From Planctomycetota bacterium (GTDB lineage Bacteria > Planctomycetota > UBA11346): 64,000 nucleotides of DNA. Shown here piece after piece: positions 8,953 to 17,731 of this stretch. The translations under genes and the position numbers were made by a program. Numbering within the stretch: the first letter of the stretch is position 1; every line of letters starts with the position of its first letter. The stretch spans positions 16,907-80,906 of the forward strand of contig JANPLC010000168.1 of NCBI GenBank assembly GCA_031426335.1, written 5' to 3'. Under the pieces are notes generated by a model. The model was not told where the DNA came from, searched no databases, and saw only the letters and a program-made list of their open reading frames with translations.

Positions 8953-9225
8953 ATGTCACAAGTCCGCATCAAGGTCGTCATCACCGACAAAAACGAAACG
9001 TTCAACGGCAAGGCCGGAGATGGTTCGATCAGCAAGGGCTTCGCCATCAAGGCGCGCCCGGTCACCAACGGCAGCAAGGAGAACGAACAATTCTTCAAAT
9101 GGACGCCGGGCGGCGAGATCAGTCTCGGCACCGTCAACGAGAATGCCGCGGCCGCGCTCGAAGTCGGCAAGGAATACTACGTCGACTTCCATCTCGCTGA
9201 AGCCGAGCCCGTCACCGCCGCGTGA
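8953..9225 (+). CDS. Hypothetical protein
   Basis: ATG at 8953 preceded by AGGAAAGGA; in frame with track ORF 8812..9225. Confidence 0.5.
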   Translation: MSQVRIKVVITDKNETFNGKAGDGSISKGFAIKARPVTNGSKENEQFFKWTPGGEISLGTVNENAAAALEVGKEYYVDFHLAEAEPVTAA

Positions 9226-9228
9226 TTC

Positions 9229-9266
9229 GCAGGTCCCGCCGACGTTCACGCGCCGGCGGGACCTGC
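9229..9266. repeat. Perfect 13-bp-arm palindrome with a 12-nt centre, upstream of the ParB-like gene
   Basis: GCAGGTCCCGCCG (9229-9241) / CGGCGGGACCTGC (9254-9266); loop ACGTTCACGCGC. Confidence 0.8.
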
Positions 9267-9302
9267 GCATCACCAGGCCCAACCCTCAACCCGGAGTTCA
9301 CC

Positions 9303-10979
9303 ATGGCCGCCGCCTTCGCTGCACCGCGATTCACCTCACTCACCATCGCTGAGCTACGTCCGTCGCCAGACAATCCGCGCAAGCACTTTGACGAGAGCTC
9401 GCTGCGCGAGCTCGGCGAGTCGCTCAAGGCCGGCCAGATCGAGCCGATTGTCGTGCGTGCGGCGAAGGCAGCCAAGGGCTATGAGATCCTCGCCGGCGAG
9501 CGTCGATATCGCGCCGCCCACCTGGTCGGCATCGAAACTCTCGAAGCCAAGATCGTCGACTGCGATGATCAGCGTGCGTTGGAGATCACGGTCGTCGAGA
9601 ACCTGCAGCGGGCAGATCTCCACCCGATGGAAGAGGCCAACGGAGTCGCATCACTGGTCGCTGCTGGCTGGCCGGCCGACACCATCGCCTCGCACCTGGG
9701 GAAGAGCCTAACGTGGGTGCACCTGCGCTCGAAGCTGGCGACGCTCTCACCCGCGTGGCGCAAGGCGATCGACGATGACAAGCATCCGGCGTCATGCCTG
9801 ACCGCTGGTCACTTGGACATGATCGCGCGTCTGCCGCTCGCTGATCAGAACGAGCTGGTCGATGCGATCCGCAACGACTACTCGCTGAGCCGTCATCTGT
9901 TCATCGAGTCGAGTCACCAGCCGATCGCGGTGGGCAAGTTCGGCCAGGTACTGGCCTCTGAGTTCCTGCGCGATCCGGCGAAGGCACCATGGCCGCTCGA
10001 TGATGGAAAACTGGTGCCGGCGGCCGGTGCCTGCACGTCATGCCCAAAGCGTACGAGCTGCCAGACCGAGATCTTCCCCGACATGGCTGGAGCGAAGGCC
10101 GGTGATCGCTGTCTCGATGGCAAGTGCTGGGAGTCAAAGCGCGTGGCGTTCATCGCGCGCCGCGAGGATGAGCTGAAAGCGAAGAACCCGGACATCATCA
10201 AGGTCGACCTTGAAGCCTACGATCAGAAGCACGCCGCGAAGGGCGCGATCGGTGGCAACAGCGTGATCCGTGAGGCCAGCAAGAGCGACAAGGGTGCGAA
10301 GCAGGCACTGGTGGTCAGCGGACCGAAGTCAGGACAGACCGTCTATGTGGTGCCGGGTTATTACGCGAAGGAGAACCCGGCCGCCCGCAAGGCGTTCGGG
10401 CTGCCATCACCGGCTGACACGTCGAAGCCGGGCACCATCAAGCTGCGCAACAACAAGGCCGACAAGCCGAAGGTCGTGCCGATCGCTGAGCGCCGGCGCA
10501 GCTTCATCGCTGCCGAGCTGCTCGCGCGACTCGACAAGGCCAAGCGCCCGCCGCTCGCACGCTGCGTCCGTCTGATCGTCATGATTGGCACCGATCCTGA
10601 GGGCGACATCAGTGGCCTGTCGACGGTGAAGGAATGGCAGCGCGTCAACAATCCCAAGCGCACCGCCGATCAGGACCACACCGCTCTGTGGAATGACGTG
10701 ATCGAGTACCTGCGCGGCGATCTCGAAGCGACCGTGAAGAAGGAAGGCACCTGGCGCGGTAATGTTATCGAGGACGGCGCCATGCCGGAGGTCGCCGAGC
10801 TGCTCGGATCCGACTACGCGGCGCTGGTCGCCTCGGCCGCGGCGAAGTTCCCGGATCTCAAGGAAGGCGTCACCGCGGCGAAGGCGCCGGAGGTCGAGAA
10901 GGCGAAGGCCTCGCCGGCGAAGAAGTCGAAGACCGGCAAGGTGGTGAAGGCCAAGGCGAAGAAGAAGGGCGCGGCGTGA
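9303..10979 (+). CDS. ParB-like nuclease/partition-domain protein with a Cys cluster and Lys-rich tail
   Basis: ParB/Srx N-domain (LRPSPDNPRK...ILAGERRYRAA...VVENLQRADL); CTSCPKRTSC...CLDGKC cluster; KAKAKKKGAA end. Confidence 0.75.
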   Translation: MAAAFAAPRFTSLTIAELRPSPDNPRKHFDESSLRELGESLKAGQIEPIVVRAAKAAKGYEILAGERRYRAAHLVGIETLEAKIVDCDDQRALEITVVENLQRADLHPMEEANGVASLVAAGWPADTIASHLGKSLTWVHLRSKLATLSPAWRKAIDDDKHPASCLTAGHLDMIARLPLADQNELVDAIRNDYSLSRHLFIESSHQPIAVGKFGQVLASEFLRDPAKAPWPLDDGKLVPAAGACTSCPKRTSCQTEIFPDMAGAKAGDRCLDGKCWESKRVAFIARREDELKAKNPDIIKVDLEAYDQKHAAKGAIGGNSVIREASKSDKGAKQALVVSGPKSGQTVYVVPGYYAKENPAARKAFGLPSPADTSKPGTIKLRNNKADKPKVVPIAERRRSFIAAELLARLDKAKRPPLARCVRLIVMIGTDPEGDISGLSTVKEWQRVNNPKRTADQDHTALWNDVIEYLRGDLEATVKKEGTWRGNVIEDGAMPEVAELLGSDYAALVASAAAKFPDLKEGVTAAKAPEVEKAKASPAKKSKTGKVVKAKAKKKGAA

Positions 10980-11416
10980 AGATCTACCTCGCCGCCCGTT
11001 ACTCCCGACGTGAGGAGCTGTGCGGATACCGCGATCAGCTCCAGACCGTTGGTGATAAAATCACCAGTCGGTGGCTCAATGGCAACCACCAGGTCGACGA
11101 CCGTGGCCTGAGCGCTCAGGCGTGTGAAGCCGAGCGCATCCGCTTCGCCTGCGAGGACTGGGAAGACCTGCTCGCCGCTGACGTGTGCATCAACTTCACC
11201 GAGAAGCCGCGCACCGAACTGACGCGCGGTGGCCGGCACGTCGAATTCGGCGCAGCTCTCGCTCTCAAAAAGGCCTGCATCGTCGTCGGCCACCGCGAGA
11301 ACGTGTTTCACTGCCTGCCGTGGGTTCACTTCGTCGAGACCTTCGACGATGCGTTCCGGCTGATGCCACGCATCGAGCAAGAGATGGAGCGCAAGAAGCG
11401 GGAGTGGCGGCTATGA
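10976..11416 (+). CDS. Nucleoside 2-deoxyribosyltransferase-like protein
   Basis: MKIYLAARYSRREEL...RGGRHVEFGAALALKKACIVVG pattern typical of the phage NDT-like family. Confidence 0.6.
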   Translation: MKIYLAARYSRREELCGYRDQLQTVGDKITSRWLNGNHQVDDRGLSAQACEAERIRFACEDWEDLLAADVCINFTEKPRTELTRGGRHVEFGAALALKKACIVVGHRENVFHCLPWVHFVETFDDAFRLMPRIEQEMERKKREWRL

Positions 11417-11808
11417 ACACGCCCGCCCAACATCGCGCGCTCAAGACCATCGCCAACGGCTCGCCGGCGATGTTCCTGATTCACGGCGTCTACCGTTCGT
11501 GCAGCCTGTGCGCGGCCCACATCGAGGTCGCACGCGAGTCGCTTGGCTGGGCGTCACTGCCGGAGATGGCCGGCGTGCCGCGTCGCTCGCTCGCGTGGCT
11601 CCAATGGCCAGCGGCGATCCTGAGCGTCGCTGGCGCAGCACTGGTTGCCGATCAGCACGCCACCGTCCGCCTGATCGGCTTCGTGCTCTTCCTCCTCGCG
11701 AACCTCACCTGGCTCGCCTGGGGCTGGAGCACCCGCACGTGGGCGCTCGTGATCATGCAGCTGCTGTTCACCATCACGTCGATCCGTGGTCTGTGGAGCA
11801 ACCTATGA
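11413..11808 (+). CDS. Small 3-TM membrane protein resembling a single PnuC repeat unit
   Basis: ATGA overlap; three predicted TM helices; LIGFVLFLLANLTWLAWGW...VIMQLLFTITSIRGLW resembles the PnuC N-terminal repeat (..LLLQVFFFAANIYGWYAW). Confidence 0.45.
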   Translation: MNTPAQHRALKTIANGSPAMFLIHGVYRSCSLCAAHIEVARESLGWASLPEMAGVPRRSLAWLQWPAAILSVAGAALVADQHATVRLIGFVLFLLANLTWLAWGWSTRTWALVIMQLLFTITSIRGLWSNL

Positions 11809-12206
11809 AGGCGCTCAGCATTCGTCAGCCGTGGGCGTGGCTGATTATCCACGCGGGCAAGGACATCGAGAACCGCGACTGGGCAACCAAGGTGCGCGGG
11901 CTCGTGCTGGTGCATGCGGCAAAGGGGATGACGCGCGACGAGTACGCCGACGTGCGCGAGTTCTGTGACCGATCGGCCAACGCCTTGGTGCCGGACTTCG
12001 ATGCGCTGCAGCGTGGCGGGATCATCGGCTCGGTCGAGATCGTCGATTGCGTGAAGCACAGCGAGTCTCGGTGGTTCTTCGGTTGCTATGGCTTCGTCCT
12101 GCACAATCCGCAACCGTTGCCGTTCGTGCCCTTCCGCGGCGCGCTCGGTTTCTTCGACGTGCCTGATCACCTGATCAAGCAGAACGACGCGGAGAAGCAC
12201 TGGTGA
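11805..12206 (+). CDS. ASCH domain protein
   Basis: LSIRQPWAWLIIHAGKDIENRDW signature; ATGA overlap. Confidence 0.7.
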   Translation: MKALSIRQPWAWLIIHAGKDIENRDWATKVRGLVLVHAAKGMTRDEYADVREFCDRSANALVPDFDALQRGGIIGSVEIVDCVKHSESRWFFGCYGFVLHNPQPLPFVPFRGALGFFDVPDHLIKQNDAEKHW

Positions 12207-13729
12207 GACCCTGCCTCCGCGGTTACCAGATCGGCTGTGTCGAGCGGACGCGTGATGCGTTCCGCTCGGTGCACCGTGTGGTCTGCGTGGTGCCAACGGG
12301 CGGCGGCAAGACGGTGATCGCTGGTGCTGTGGTCGACAGTGCGGTGGAGAAGGGCGGCCGGGTGTTGTTCCTGGCGCATCGCAAGGAACTGATCGACCAG
12401 GCGTCGGCGAAGCTGACGCAGTTCGGAGTGGAGCACGGCGTGATCAAGGCCGGCATCGCGCCGGATCTGGGACAGCCGGTGCAGGTGGCGTCGGTGCAGA
12501 CGCTGGTGCGGCGGCTCGGCAAGTTGACGGGTGAGCCCTCGCCCATCGAGCGTGAACTCGGCATCACTCCGGCGCACCTGGCGCCGTTCACGCTGATCAT
12601 CATCGACGAGTGCCACCACGTCACCGCGGCGAGCTATCAGACGATCCTGGCGGCGTGGCCGCATGCGCGGGTGCTGGGGCTCACCGCGACGCCGTACCGC
12701 ATCGATGGGGCGGCGCTGGGCGATTGTTTTGAGCACCTGGTGGTGGGCGCGTCGGTGCCGGAGCTGATCAAGGACGGCCACCTGGTGCGCACACGGACCT
12801 TCGCGCCGCCGCCACCGGAGGAGCTGCGTGCGGTGCACGTGCAGGCCGGCGACTACAAGACCGGCGAGGCGGCGAAGGTGCTCGATCGCACCGGGCCGAC
12901 GGCTGAGATCGTGCGCACGTGGCAGGCGCGCGCGGCCGGTCGCCTGACCGTTGGCTTCGGCTGCACGGTGGAGCACTGCGAACACTTGGCCGAGGCCTTC
13001 CGTGCCGCAGGCATCGCCGCGGCCGCGATCGATGGCGAGATGGATGAGGACAAGCGCGCGGAGATCCTGCGGCAGCTGCGCGCCGGCGAGCTGCGCGTGG
13101 TGTTCAACGTCGCGCTGCTGACCGAGGGCTTCGATCTGCCGGATCTGGCGTGCCTGATCCAGGCGCGGCCGACCAAGTCGCGCAGTTTCTGGCGGCAGAT
13201 GTGCGGCCGCATCATGCGACCGGCGCCTGGGAAGGCGGACGGGCTGATCCTGGATCACGCGGCCAACGGGCACCGCTTCGGCATTCCCGACCAGGCTGAT
13301 GTGTATTCGCTGACCGAGGACGTGCGCACCAAGCGCGCATCACGTGGCGAACCGGATGCGGCGACGTGTCCGGCCTGTCACCTGTTGCTGCCCGTGCCGG
13401 CGCCGGCGGTGTGCCCTGGGTGTCAGCGTCGGCTGCGCGATGAGCGCGCGATGGCGGTGCTGCGCAGCGAGCTGGAGATCCGTGAGCTGACGCCGGCGGA
13501 TGAGGCGGATCGGTACGAATGGTATCGGCGGTGCCTCGATACCGCGCGGAGCCTCGGCAAGAAACTCGGCTGGGTGTTCTACCGCTACCAGGAGCGCTGG
13601 GGCGAGAAGCCGCCGACGTGGATGCCGGCGAAGGCGGGCATCTATGAAGCGCTGTTCGGTCGGCCCGCGCCGCGGCTGCTGATCGAGATCGCGAAGACCA
13701 AGGGCAACCAGGTGGAGGTGATGGCGTGA
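12203..13729 (+). CDS. Superfamily-2 DEAD/DEAH-box helicase
   Basis: Walker A VVPTGGGKT, IIIDECHH, GLTATPYR motifs; C-terminal CxxC...CxxC. Confidence 0.85.
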   Translation: MRPCLRGYQIGCVERTRDAFRSVHRVVCVVPTGGGKTVIAGAVVDSAVEKGGRVLFLAHRKELIDQASAKLTQFGVEHGVIKAGIAPDLGQPVQVASVQTLVRRLGKLTGEPSPIERELGITPAHLAPFTLIIIDECHHVTAASYQTILAAWPHARVLGLTATPYRIDGAALGDCFEHLVVGASVPELIKDGHLVRTRTFAPPPPEELRAVHVQAGDYKTGEAAKVLDRTGPTAEIVRTWQARAAGRLTVGFGCTVEHCEHLAEAFRAAGIAAAAIDGEMDEDKRAEILRQLRAGELRVVFNVALLTEGFDLPDLACLIQARPTKSRSFWRQMCGRIMRPAPGKADGLILDHAANGHRFGIPDQADVYSLTEDVRTKRASRGEPDAATCPACHLLLPVPAPAVCPGCQRRLRDERAMAVLRSELEIRELTPADEADRYEWYRRCLDTARSLGKKLGWVFYRYQERWGEKPPTWMPAKAGIYEALFGRPAPRLLIEIAKTKGNQVEVMA

Positions 13730-14085
13730 GTATCAAAGCACCGTCGCGCTACCTGCAAAAGAAGTTCCTCGACTGTTTCGACCAGGGGTGCCTGTTCTGG
13801 ACCAGTGAGGACGGTTGTCCGTGCGAATGGGTGATCGCGAGAATTGAAGACTGGCGGGTGTGGTTCAATGATTGGGCACATGACCAGCGGTATCTCGATG
13901 AAGAGAAGACGCTCGCCACCATGCGCGCCGTTTGGGTCTATCGGGAGTGGTCGGGAACCGGAGATGACGGTTACTTCGATGGCGGAGGACGACCTGGGAA
14001 GATCTGGCGACTGAGCGACACCGAGACGCCGTTCCCGGTGTTCGCGTTTGATCCGATCTATTTTCCCAAGGGAGAGCGGCCATGA
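13726..14085 (+). CDS. Hypothetical protein
   Basis: GTGA overlap; visibly more A/T-rich than the neighbouring genes. Confidence 0.45.
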   Translation: MSIKAPSRYLQKKFLDCFDQGCLFWTSEDGCPCEWVIARIEDWRVWFNDWAHDQRYLDEEKTLATMRAVWVYREWSGTGDDGYFDGGGRPGKIWRLSDTETPFPVFAFDPIYFPKGERP

Positions 14086-14285
14086 CCGCTGAACTAATGC
14101 CGCGCTGTCGGCTCTGTAATGATGCCGCCGAATCTCTGCGCGTCGTCCAGCCACGCATCCGTTGCACGGTTGGCTGTTTTGGCCCGCGTGAGATTCGGTG
14201 CCTGCCGTGCTGTCGAAACACCCGCGGCATGTACCGCCTGACCTCTACCAAACCGAACGAACTGCTGGCCAAGGCATCTACGTGA
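14082..14285 (+). CDS. Small Cys-rich hypothetical protein
   Basis: ATGA overlap; CRLC...CTVGC...CLPCC. Confidence 0.4.
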   Translation: MTAELMPRCRLCNDAAESLRVVQPRIRCTVGCFGPREIRCLPCCRNTRGMYRLTSTKPNELLAKAST

Positions 14286-17035
14286 CCAATCTGCTCGACG
14301 AATCCGCAGCGCTCCGCTACCTCCTGGCCCTGACTGGCGAGGACGATCCGGTGGTGTGCGTCCAGTGTTTCGATGACACGCCGGCGAAGCGGCCGCAGAT
14401 GGCCTACAATCGGACTGGGCGGATCTCGTGGCTGCTGACACCACTGATCGCCTCGAATGCGCAACGGGCTGGCGTGTTCGTGACGGTGAACCAGACCGAC
14501 GGCAACGGCCGCAAGGTTGAGAACGTCACCGCGCTGCGTGCGCTGTTCGTCGATTGCGATGGCACGCGCGACTTGCCCAGCGAATGGCCGCTGCGTCCGT
14601 CGCTGATCGTGCAGCGTGGCCCGCGTCACTGGCACGCGTATTGGCTGCTCGTCAACGGCGAGGTGCTCGATCGCTTCACGCCGGCACAGAAACAGCTCGC
14701 CACGTACTGGGGCACCGATCTGGGCGTGAGCGATCTGCCGCGCGTGATGCGCATCCCAGGCTTCGTGCACCACAAGGGCGAGCCGACGGCGGTGCGGTTG
14801 GTCGATGCCTATGATCAGCGCTACACCATCGACCAGGTCCTGGTTGCTCATCCGGCAGAGGTGGTCGATCGCACGAAGTCAGCAGCGGCGCCGGTTTCAC
14901 GTGGAACAGTGCCACCGCGTGCCGGTGCCGATGATGAGCTGTTCCGCAAGTGGGCGTCGAAGGTCGAGACGTCTCAGGGCGGAGCGGTCGGCAAGGGGCG
15001 CGACACGTCGGCGTTTTATATCGCCTGCGAAGGCGTCGGGCGATTCCGTCAGGGTCGCATCAGCATGGCGACGGTGCATGCGGTGGTGTTCGATTATGCG
15101 CAGCGTGCGGGGCTGCCGAATCCTGAGGCTGATACCGCGCGGGTGATTCAATCGGCGGAGCGCAAGGCGCACATCGTCACCGATGCGGGCAAGGATCCGG
15201 TCGCACCGCGTGAGCGTGTGCCGTCACGTCCAACGACCGACGAACGCTTGCAGCGTGCACCATCAGCGAGTGAAGATCGCTTTGGTGGTGGTGATGATGA
15301 GCCGCCAGCAGCGAAGGCGGCCGCGGCGGCGCCGGAGCCAGAGGGCAAGCCGTGGGCGCACCTCGATCTGGTCGGGCTGCAGTTGCGCTGGGCGCTGGGC
15401 ATCAACGGCGTGTGTCCGGTGGAGCTGACGGCGGATGGCACGCGTATCGCGCGCGTGAATCGTCGCGTCGCTGGCCTGCCGATCTGGCCGGAGCGGGCCG
15501 GTACCGACGTGGCGAGCGGCGCGACCTGGTGGAAGCTCGGCTGGATGACGCCGTACAAGACCATCGAGTACCAGTGGCTGAGCGAGTTCGAGCTGAAGCA
15601 GGGCCATGCGTTGGTGGCGTTGCCGAATGGTCCGGTGGCGAAGCGGCACGCTGAGAACGCGGCGGTGTACCTGACTGAGGCGCGGGCGTCGGTGACGCAG
15701 GAACGTGCCGAGGTGACCAGTCGCATCGGCTGGTGTGGCGTGAACGGTGGACGGCGCTGGGTGTTCCCAGGCGTCGGGCAACACAGCAACGTCGAGTACA
15801 TCGGCGGCGAGCTGCCGCACCACGGCAAGCTGGCGGGCTGGAAGGCCGGCCTGGAGCACCTGGTGAAGCTGCCCGATGACGATGGCTTCACTGCGCTGGC
15901 GGTGGTGTGTCTGTCGGCCGCGGCGCCGTGGTCACGTCTGATGGGGTCGCGCAATCCGATCATCGGGCTGATGGGGCCGTCGTCGTCGGGCAAGGGCAGC
16001 ACGATCGACTACGCGCTCTCGATGTGGGCGGACCTCGACATGATGCGCCTGCCGGCGTCGTCGACGTCGAAGGGCATCGAGGACAAGGCGATCCAGTTGC
16101 CAGATCTGCCGATCTTCGTCGACGAGCTGCAGCAGCTCGGCGAGCTGCATCCGCAGGCGACGGGCAACGTGTTGTACTTCCTGGCCAACGGCCAGCGGCG
16201 CACCACGTCGAGCAAGAACCAGGTCGCGGTGGGTGGCGAGCGGCGCTATGGCGTGGGATTCTATGCGGCGGAGGCGCCGGTGCTGCCAGGGCAGAATCTG
16301 GGTGTGCTCTACCGCGTGATCGAGCTGGATGGCCGGCCGTGCCCAGATGAGGCGACGGCGAAGGCGTTGCAGGCGGGATCGCAACACACGGGCACCCTGG
16401 CGGGGCCGATCGCGGCGCTGCTGGGAGATCTGCAAGCGAATGACTGGTGTGAGCACCTGCGTGAACGTGCCGCCATCATGCGCGCGGCACACCAGGGCCT
16501 GGTCGGCGACGATCCTGAGGCGCTGGCGCTGGTGGAGATCGGCATCGAGGCCCTGGGGGAGATCTGCGGCCTGACCATGCCGAAGGGCGAGCTACTGACC
16601 TGGCTGGTAGCCAAGATCCGCCGGCAGCGCAGCAGTGTGATCGATCGCGAGACGCAGTGCCTCCACCAGGTGATGGGCAAGGTGCTCAACCAGAACTGGT
16701 TCGAGGAAGGGCTGCAGCCGGACGACGGGCCACGCAAGCGCAGCGTGATCAACGTCCAGGGCAGTCCGATGGCCTGGCGGACCTATACGCCCCAGGGCGG
16801 CACCAAGTACCTGGACATCGAGCCGCTCCACCGCGACCTGATGCCGTTATTCGCCGCGCACGGGGGCGAGGAGCGTGTTCTGCGGCATTGGGCCGATCGT
16901 GGGTGGATCGTGCGCCAGGAAGGCCGCCTGCGCGTCAAGCGGGCCGGCGGCGGCCGGGCCGTGCGCTTCACCAACGACGCCTGGATCGAGATCAATCGCG
17001 GCACCGTCGAGCCCAAGGAAGACCCCGTGAGCTAG
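14282..17035 (+). CDS. Primase-helicase replication protein (RepB-type primase-like N-domain + P-loop domain)
   Basis: GTGA overlap start; N-terminal AGVFVTVNQTDGNGRKVENVTALRALFVDCDG primase-like segment; Walker A GPSSSGKGST and IFVDELQ. Confidence 0.75.
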   Translation: MTNLLDESAALRYLLALTGEDDPVVCVQCFDDTPAKRPQMAYNRTGRISWLLTPLIASNAQRAGVFVTVNQTDGNGRKVENVTALRALFVDCDGTRDLPSEWPLRPSLIVQRGPRHWHAYWLLVNGEVLDRFTPAQKQLATYWGTDLGVSDLPRVMRIPGFVHHKGEPTAVRLVDAYDQRYTIDQVLVAHPAEVVDRTKSAAAPVSRGTVPPRAGADDELFRKWASKVETSQGGAVGKGRDTSAFYIACEGVGRFRQGRISMATVHAVVFDYAQRAGLPNPEADTARVIQSAERKAHIVTDAGKDPVAPRERVPSRPTTDERLQRAPSASEDRFGGGDDEPPAAKAAAAAPEPEGKPWAHLDLVGLQLRWALGINGVCPVELTADGTRIARVNRRVAGLPIWPERAGTDVASGATWWKLGWMTPYKTIEYQWLSEFELKQGHALVALPNGPVAKRHAENAAVYLTEARASVTQERAEVTSRIGWCGVNGGRRWVFPGVGQHSNVEYIGGELPHHGKLAGWKAGLEHLVKLPDDDGFTALAVVCLSAAAPWSRLMGSRNPIIGLMGPSSSGKGSTIDYALSMWADLDMMRLPASSTSKGIEDKAIQLPDLPIFVDELQQLGELHPQATGNVLYFLANGQRRTTSSKNQVAVGGERRYGVGFYAAEAPVLPGQNLGVLYRVIELDGRPCPDEATAKALQAGSQHTGTLAGPIAALLGDLQANDWCEHLRERAAIMRAAHQGLVGDDPEALALVEIGIEALGEICGLTMPKGELLTWLVAKIRRQRSSVIDRETQCLHQVMGKVLNQNWFEEGLQPDDGPRKRSVINVQGSPMAWRTYTPQGGTKYLDIEPLHRDLMPLFAAHGGEERVLRHWADRGWIVRQEGRLRVKRAGGGRAVRFTNDAWIEINRGTVEPKEDPVS

Positions 17036-17037
17036 TT

Positions 17038-17285
17038 ATTCCCGGTCGATTCCCGGTGATTCCCGCTGACCGGGAATCTACATCTACCAGAGACGAAAGG
17101 TCTTATGCGTATTATTCCCGGTATTCCCGGTATTCCCGGTCGAGCTTTTGTCATAGCGCGTGCGCGGGCGTGCGATGTGAGTACCGGGAATACCGGGAAT
17201 ACTGGGAATAACTATATCTATCTGATGATCCTGACGCTGCTTATGATGTTCCCGGTAGGCGGGTGCGAGCGGGAATACCGGGAAT
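17038..17285. repeat. Iteron field: 14 copies of ATTCCCGGT / ACCGGGAAT in three convergent modules, with an A/T-rich segment (putative ori)
   Basis: Forward copies at 17038, 17049, 17059(variant), 17114, 17123, 17132, 17248. Reverse copies at 17069, 17183, 17192, 17201(variant), 17268(variant), 17277. AATAACTATATCTATCTGATGAT lies at about 17206-17228. Confidence 0.8.
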
Positions 17286-17298
17286 ACTTGGCCACGTG

Positions 17299-17387
17299 GG
17301 GCAACCTAGGGCAACCTATCCCCTTGTCTTCTCAAGCCCTACAGCTTCCCCCCATACCCCCAAGGGCAACCTGAGGCTAGGGCAACT
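17299..17387 (+). repeat. Four direct copies of GGGCAAC(C/T)
   Basis: 17299-17307, 17309-17317, 17364-17372, 17380-17387, all in the same orientation in noncoding DNA. Confidence 0.75.
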
Positions 17388-17443
17388 CATCATCAATGAA
17401 CGTGGCGAGCGTACCGCTGTGCTCAGGCTTGGTTCAGTAAGGT

Positions 17444-17470
17444 CGCCTGCTTCGCAGGCGCTGTTTGGTT
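17444..17470 (+). terminator. Rho-independent terminator-like hairpin
   Basis: CGCCTGC-TTC-GCAGGCG followed by CTGTTTGGTT. Confidence 0.5.
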
Positions 17471-17731
17471 ATGCTACCATTGTGCAGGCAAGCACTTGCG
17501 TTCTGTGGGACGCTGTATGCTCGTCGGTCTCCATCCCCAGGAACGACAAGCACATGCGTGCGGATTCTGTAAGTACTGTATGCGACTGGGTTAGCATGGG
17601 TCCTCCCGGCCTCCCCCCGGCCCTCGCGGTGGGCTACGCCGATCGGTCGATTTATTTGTACGTGCTGTGCAAGTTTCTGACTGTGCATGTCTTATGCCTA
17701 CGCCAAAGCGACATGAATTGGGTGAGCGCCG

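Noticed and set aside
17038-17285. A CRISPR array, considered for the iteron field and for the heptamer arrays at 60097, 62422 and 63310.
   Set aside because: The repeat units are 7-9 bp, mostly contiguous or inverted, with no unique spacers of 25-40 bp and no cas genes.
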